A stretch of 62,750 nt of DNA, filler included, from Basidiobolus ranarum (taxonomy: Eukaryota), in the NCBI GenBank assembly GCA_040143965.1. It is 48 parts of 48 records of this genome, joined end to end, with 100 filler letters (N's around TTAATTAATTAA, not from the genome) between each part and the next. Parts side by side here need not be neighbours in the genome. Positions count along the whole stretch, not along the records: positions 60,241 to 61,445 come from JASJQH010006013.1; positions 61,546 to 62,750 come from JASJQH010006014.1; 46 more parts are not named here. One strand, 5' to 3'. This document shows, piece after piece, positions 60,664 to 62,750 of this stretch (within the stretch, counting starts at the first letter, position 1; every line of letters begins with the position of its first letter). Position numbers and translations under genes: made by a program. The notes under the pieces were generated by a model, which made no database searches, was not told the DNA's origin, and saw only the letters and a list, made by a program, of their open reading frames with translations.

Positions 60664-61445
60664 AATTTAACTAGAGCTTCTCAGCAGAAAGTGTAAGCTT
60701 TTAAGGATGTACTACATGTTCCAGATATTGCCAAGAATTTTATATCTGTATGCAAGGCCACCTCAGATGGGCTAAAATCCAATATTGATAATCAGGATGC
60801 ATCATCACTGATCAAAATGGGATTTATTTAGCTTTGGGAGAAGGGGATCAGAGCTCATAGAAACTCCCATATAATCTAAGAGATTTATAAATAAGTGTAA
60901 GTTATTACAATCAAGAAACTACGCAAATGTGGCATAAGAGATTTAGTCACATTGCATCTAATTATTTGAGCAAAATGATCAAAAATTGCCTAATTTTGGA
61001 AATTCAAATTAATCTGAAACCAAAATAGAAATATGTGAGGGTCTTATTAGTGAAAATCAAGCCAGGTAACTGGCAAGAATTCTGGTTCTGTCAAATCTGT
61101 AAAAAACTGGATCTAATTCATTCAGATTTATGTGGACCCATGCCAAATATATCTCTACATGGAAAAAAAAAGAAGTATAATCACATTAATTGATGATTAT
61201 TCAACATACACTTATGTCTACTTTATAAAGAGAAAAGAAGAAGCTTTCTCTATTTTCAGAGACTTTAAACACTTAAGGAGATTGAAACTGGAACTAAAGT
61301 TAAGAAAATACATACTGATGATGGAGGAGAAATACTTCAACACTATTTACACACTCTTGCAAAGTTCTTGGAATCAAGCAAGAAACTACTGCCCCCTATT
61401 CACCTGTGCAAATTGGAGTTGCTGAAAGAGCTAGCAGGACTATAA
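60664..61445 (+). mobile_element. Copia A protease-integrase fragment (host of a same-family insertion)
   Basis: Matches 3686-3842, then WHKRFSHI, IHSDLCGPM, LIDDYS, IHTDDGGE. Confidence 0.9.
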
Positions 61446-62750
61446 NNNNNNNNNNNNNNNNNNNNNNNNNNNNNNNNNNNNNNNNNNNNTTAATTAATTA
61501 ANNNNNNNNNNNNNNNNNNNNNNNNNNNNNNNNNNNNNNNNNNNNATCAGATTCGAGAGTCAGTGTGTTAAATCCAATATTGGCAGCATTTATACCAAGT
61601 GCTTGGAGCTATTAGGTAAAGGAATAATTTATATTAGTTATGACACCAGCTGGGTGTGTGAAAACTAGTACAAAAACAAAACAAAGTGTACAACTAACCT
61701 GAACGTGCTCTTGAAAACGGATAGGAAGTATTTCAGACATTTCCTACACTGTATCTATTGAGAAACTTGGCTAATTTATTTTACAAAAGGATTAAACAGC
61801 TGAGATGATGAATCGGGTTAGAGATGATGAAGTTAGGAAAGACACGCTGTTTCTCGAGAAGATAGATTCGAAGAAATCTACAAGCCCCAGTAAAGTAATA
61901 CTTATTTAATTACGTCATGAGATATGTGTAAATTATTTATATAAGCCCGTGATAACTTTGGCATCAACGTGATGAACCCCAATCAAAGATCTCCAACACC
62001 TACCAGAAATAACCTCACAACAGTATTTGAACACCTTTGAGGAAATTCATTGATCCTTTGATATGATTCACATGATACATATATTATGCTTGCTTAAAAC
62101 CAGGGAATATATCGAGTTCCGACTATATTATTGAAATGATGTATTTATTTCCGATATTTGCCATTTATAGCTCAACCAACCATTTTAAAACATACTTGAT
62201 GACGCTTTGGTGGCAGCTCTGGTTGCTGGCCCAGGAAGGCGTTGGAAAGATGCGTAGCTAACATAGGATGAGAGATTGACCAGATGCGCATTGTGCTTTT
62301 AAATAGTCCTTTTGTCCTAGTAATCAATCGATATCTTGTACTTAACACAATGAGGTATTATTAGTATTATATGCTTACATGTAGCAGCTCCACCAAAACT
62401 TTGCTTTAAATTAACCCATAAATCACCATACGTTATTTGCTTCGGCAAATCTCGGGAAAACTAAATGTTTTACAGTAGATAACGTTAGCATTTGAAATAA
62501 AATCTTGCTTAAACTAAGCATTACTAACCGCTTTACAACATTAAATTGAAGCCGAAATCTTATATTCTGACATTCAAAAAATTTAGCACACGTAATATTG
62601 ACAACCATCCCCTGATTGCGATGATTACGTCGTGCTGGTCAAGTTGAGGTGCTTCTGAGTACTAGTAGAAAATATCTCTCAAACTTATTCTTTTTTAGAA
62701 TCTTTAGCATAAATTCATATACATAATGAGCACACCTGGTTCCTCTAAGG

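Noticed and set aside
62100-62670. Possible three-exon minus-strand gene with GT-AG introns
   Set aside because: The only phase-consistent splice path contains two stop codons and resembles no family I recognise.

Overview
This window is not contiguous DNA. It is 48 unplaced contigs of 1214 to 1205 bp, sorted by decreasing length and joined by 47 identical artificial 100-bp linkers (N44-TTAATTAATTAA-N44), so nothing can be inferred across a linker. The DNA looks eukaryotic and most likely fungal: short GT-AG introns with CTRAY branch sites, and retrotransposon primer sites matching the fungal-type tRNA-iMet anticodon arm. An early-diverging fungus such as Basidiobolus or a Mucoromycota member is my inference only. 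Most contigs are decayed, CpG-depleted, nested transposons: several Ty1/copia families with a Ty5-like half-tRNA primer site, Ty3/gypsy elements including a chromovirus, an abundant CACTA/CMC DNA transposon with CCCTA ends and a divergent second ORF, and a PIF/Harbinger-like MITE family. The CpG-normal contigs carry a bacterial-type serine hydrolase with an SLH domain, an intact secreted fascin-like beta-trefoil gene, a head-to-head pair of paralogous membrane-protein genes, the 3' ends of Angel-like and Hsp31-like genes, and PL6-lyase and GGT remnants. The most notable finding is two fragments of a Fanzor (eukaryotic TnpB-like RNA-guided nuclease). The C-terminal fragment (53163-53614, minus strand) keeps the RuvC-II, zinc-ribbon and RuvC-III motifs, has a 51-nt intron, and stops 15 nt before a probable TA-flanked element end. 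The would-be guide flank there matches a copia RNase H sequence elsewhere in the window over 14 nt. Family assignments come from recognising motifs by eye; no searches were run.
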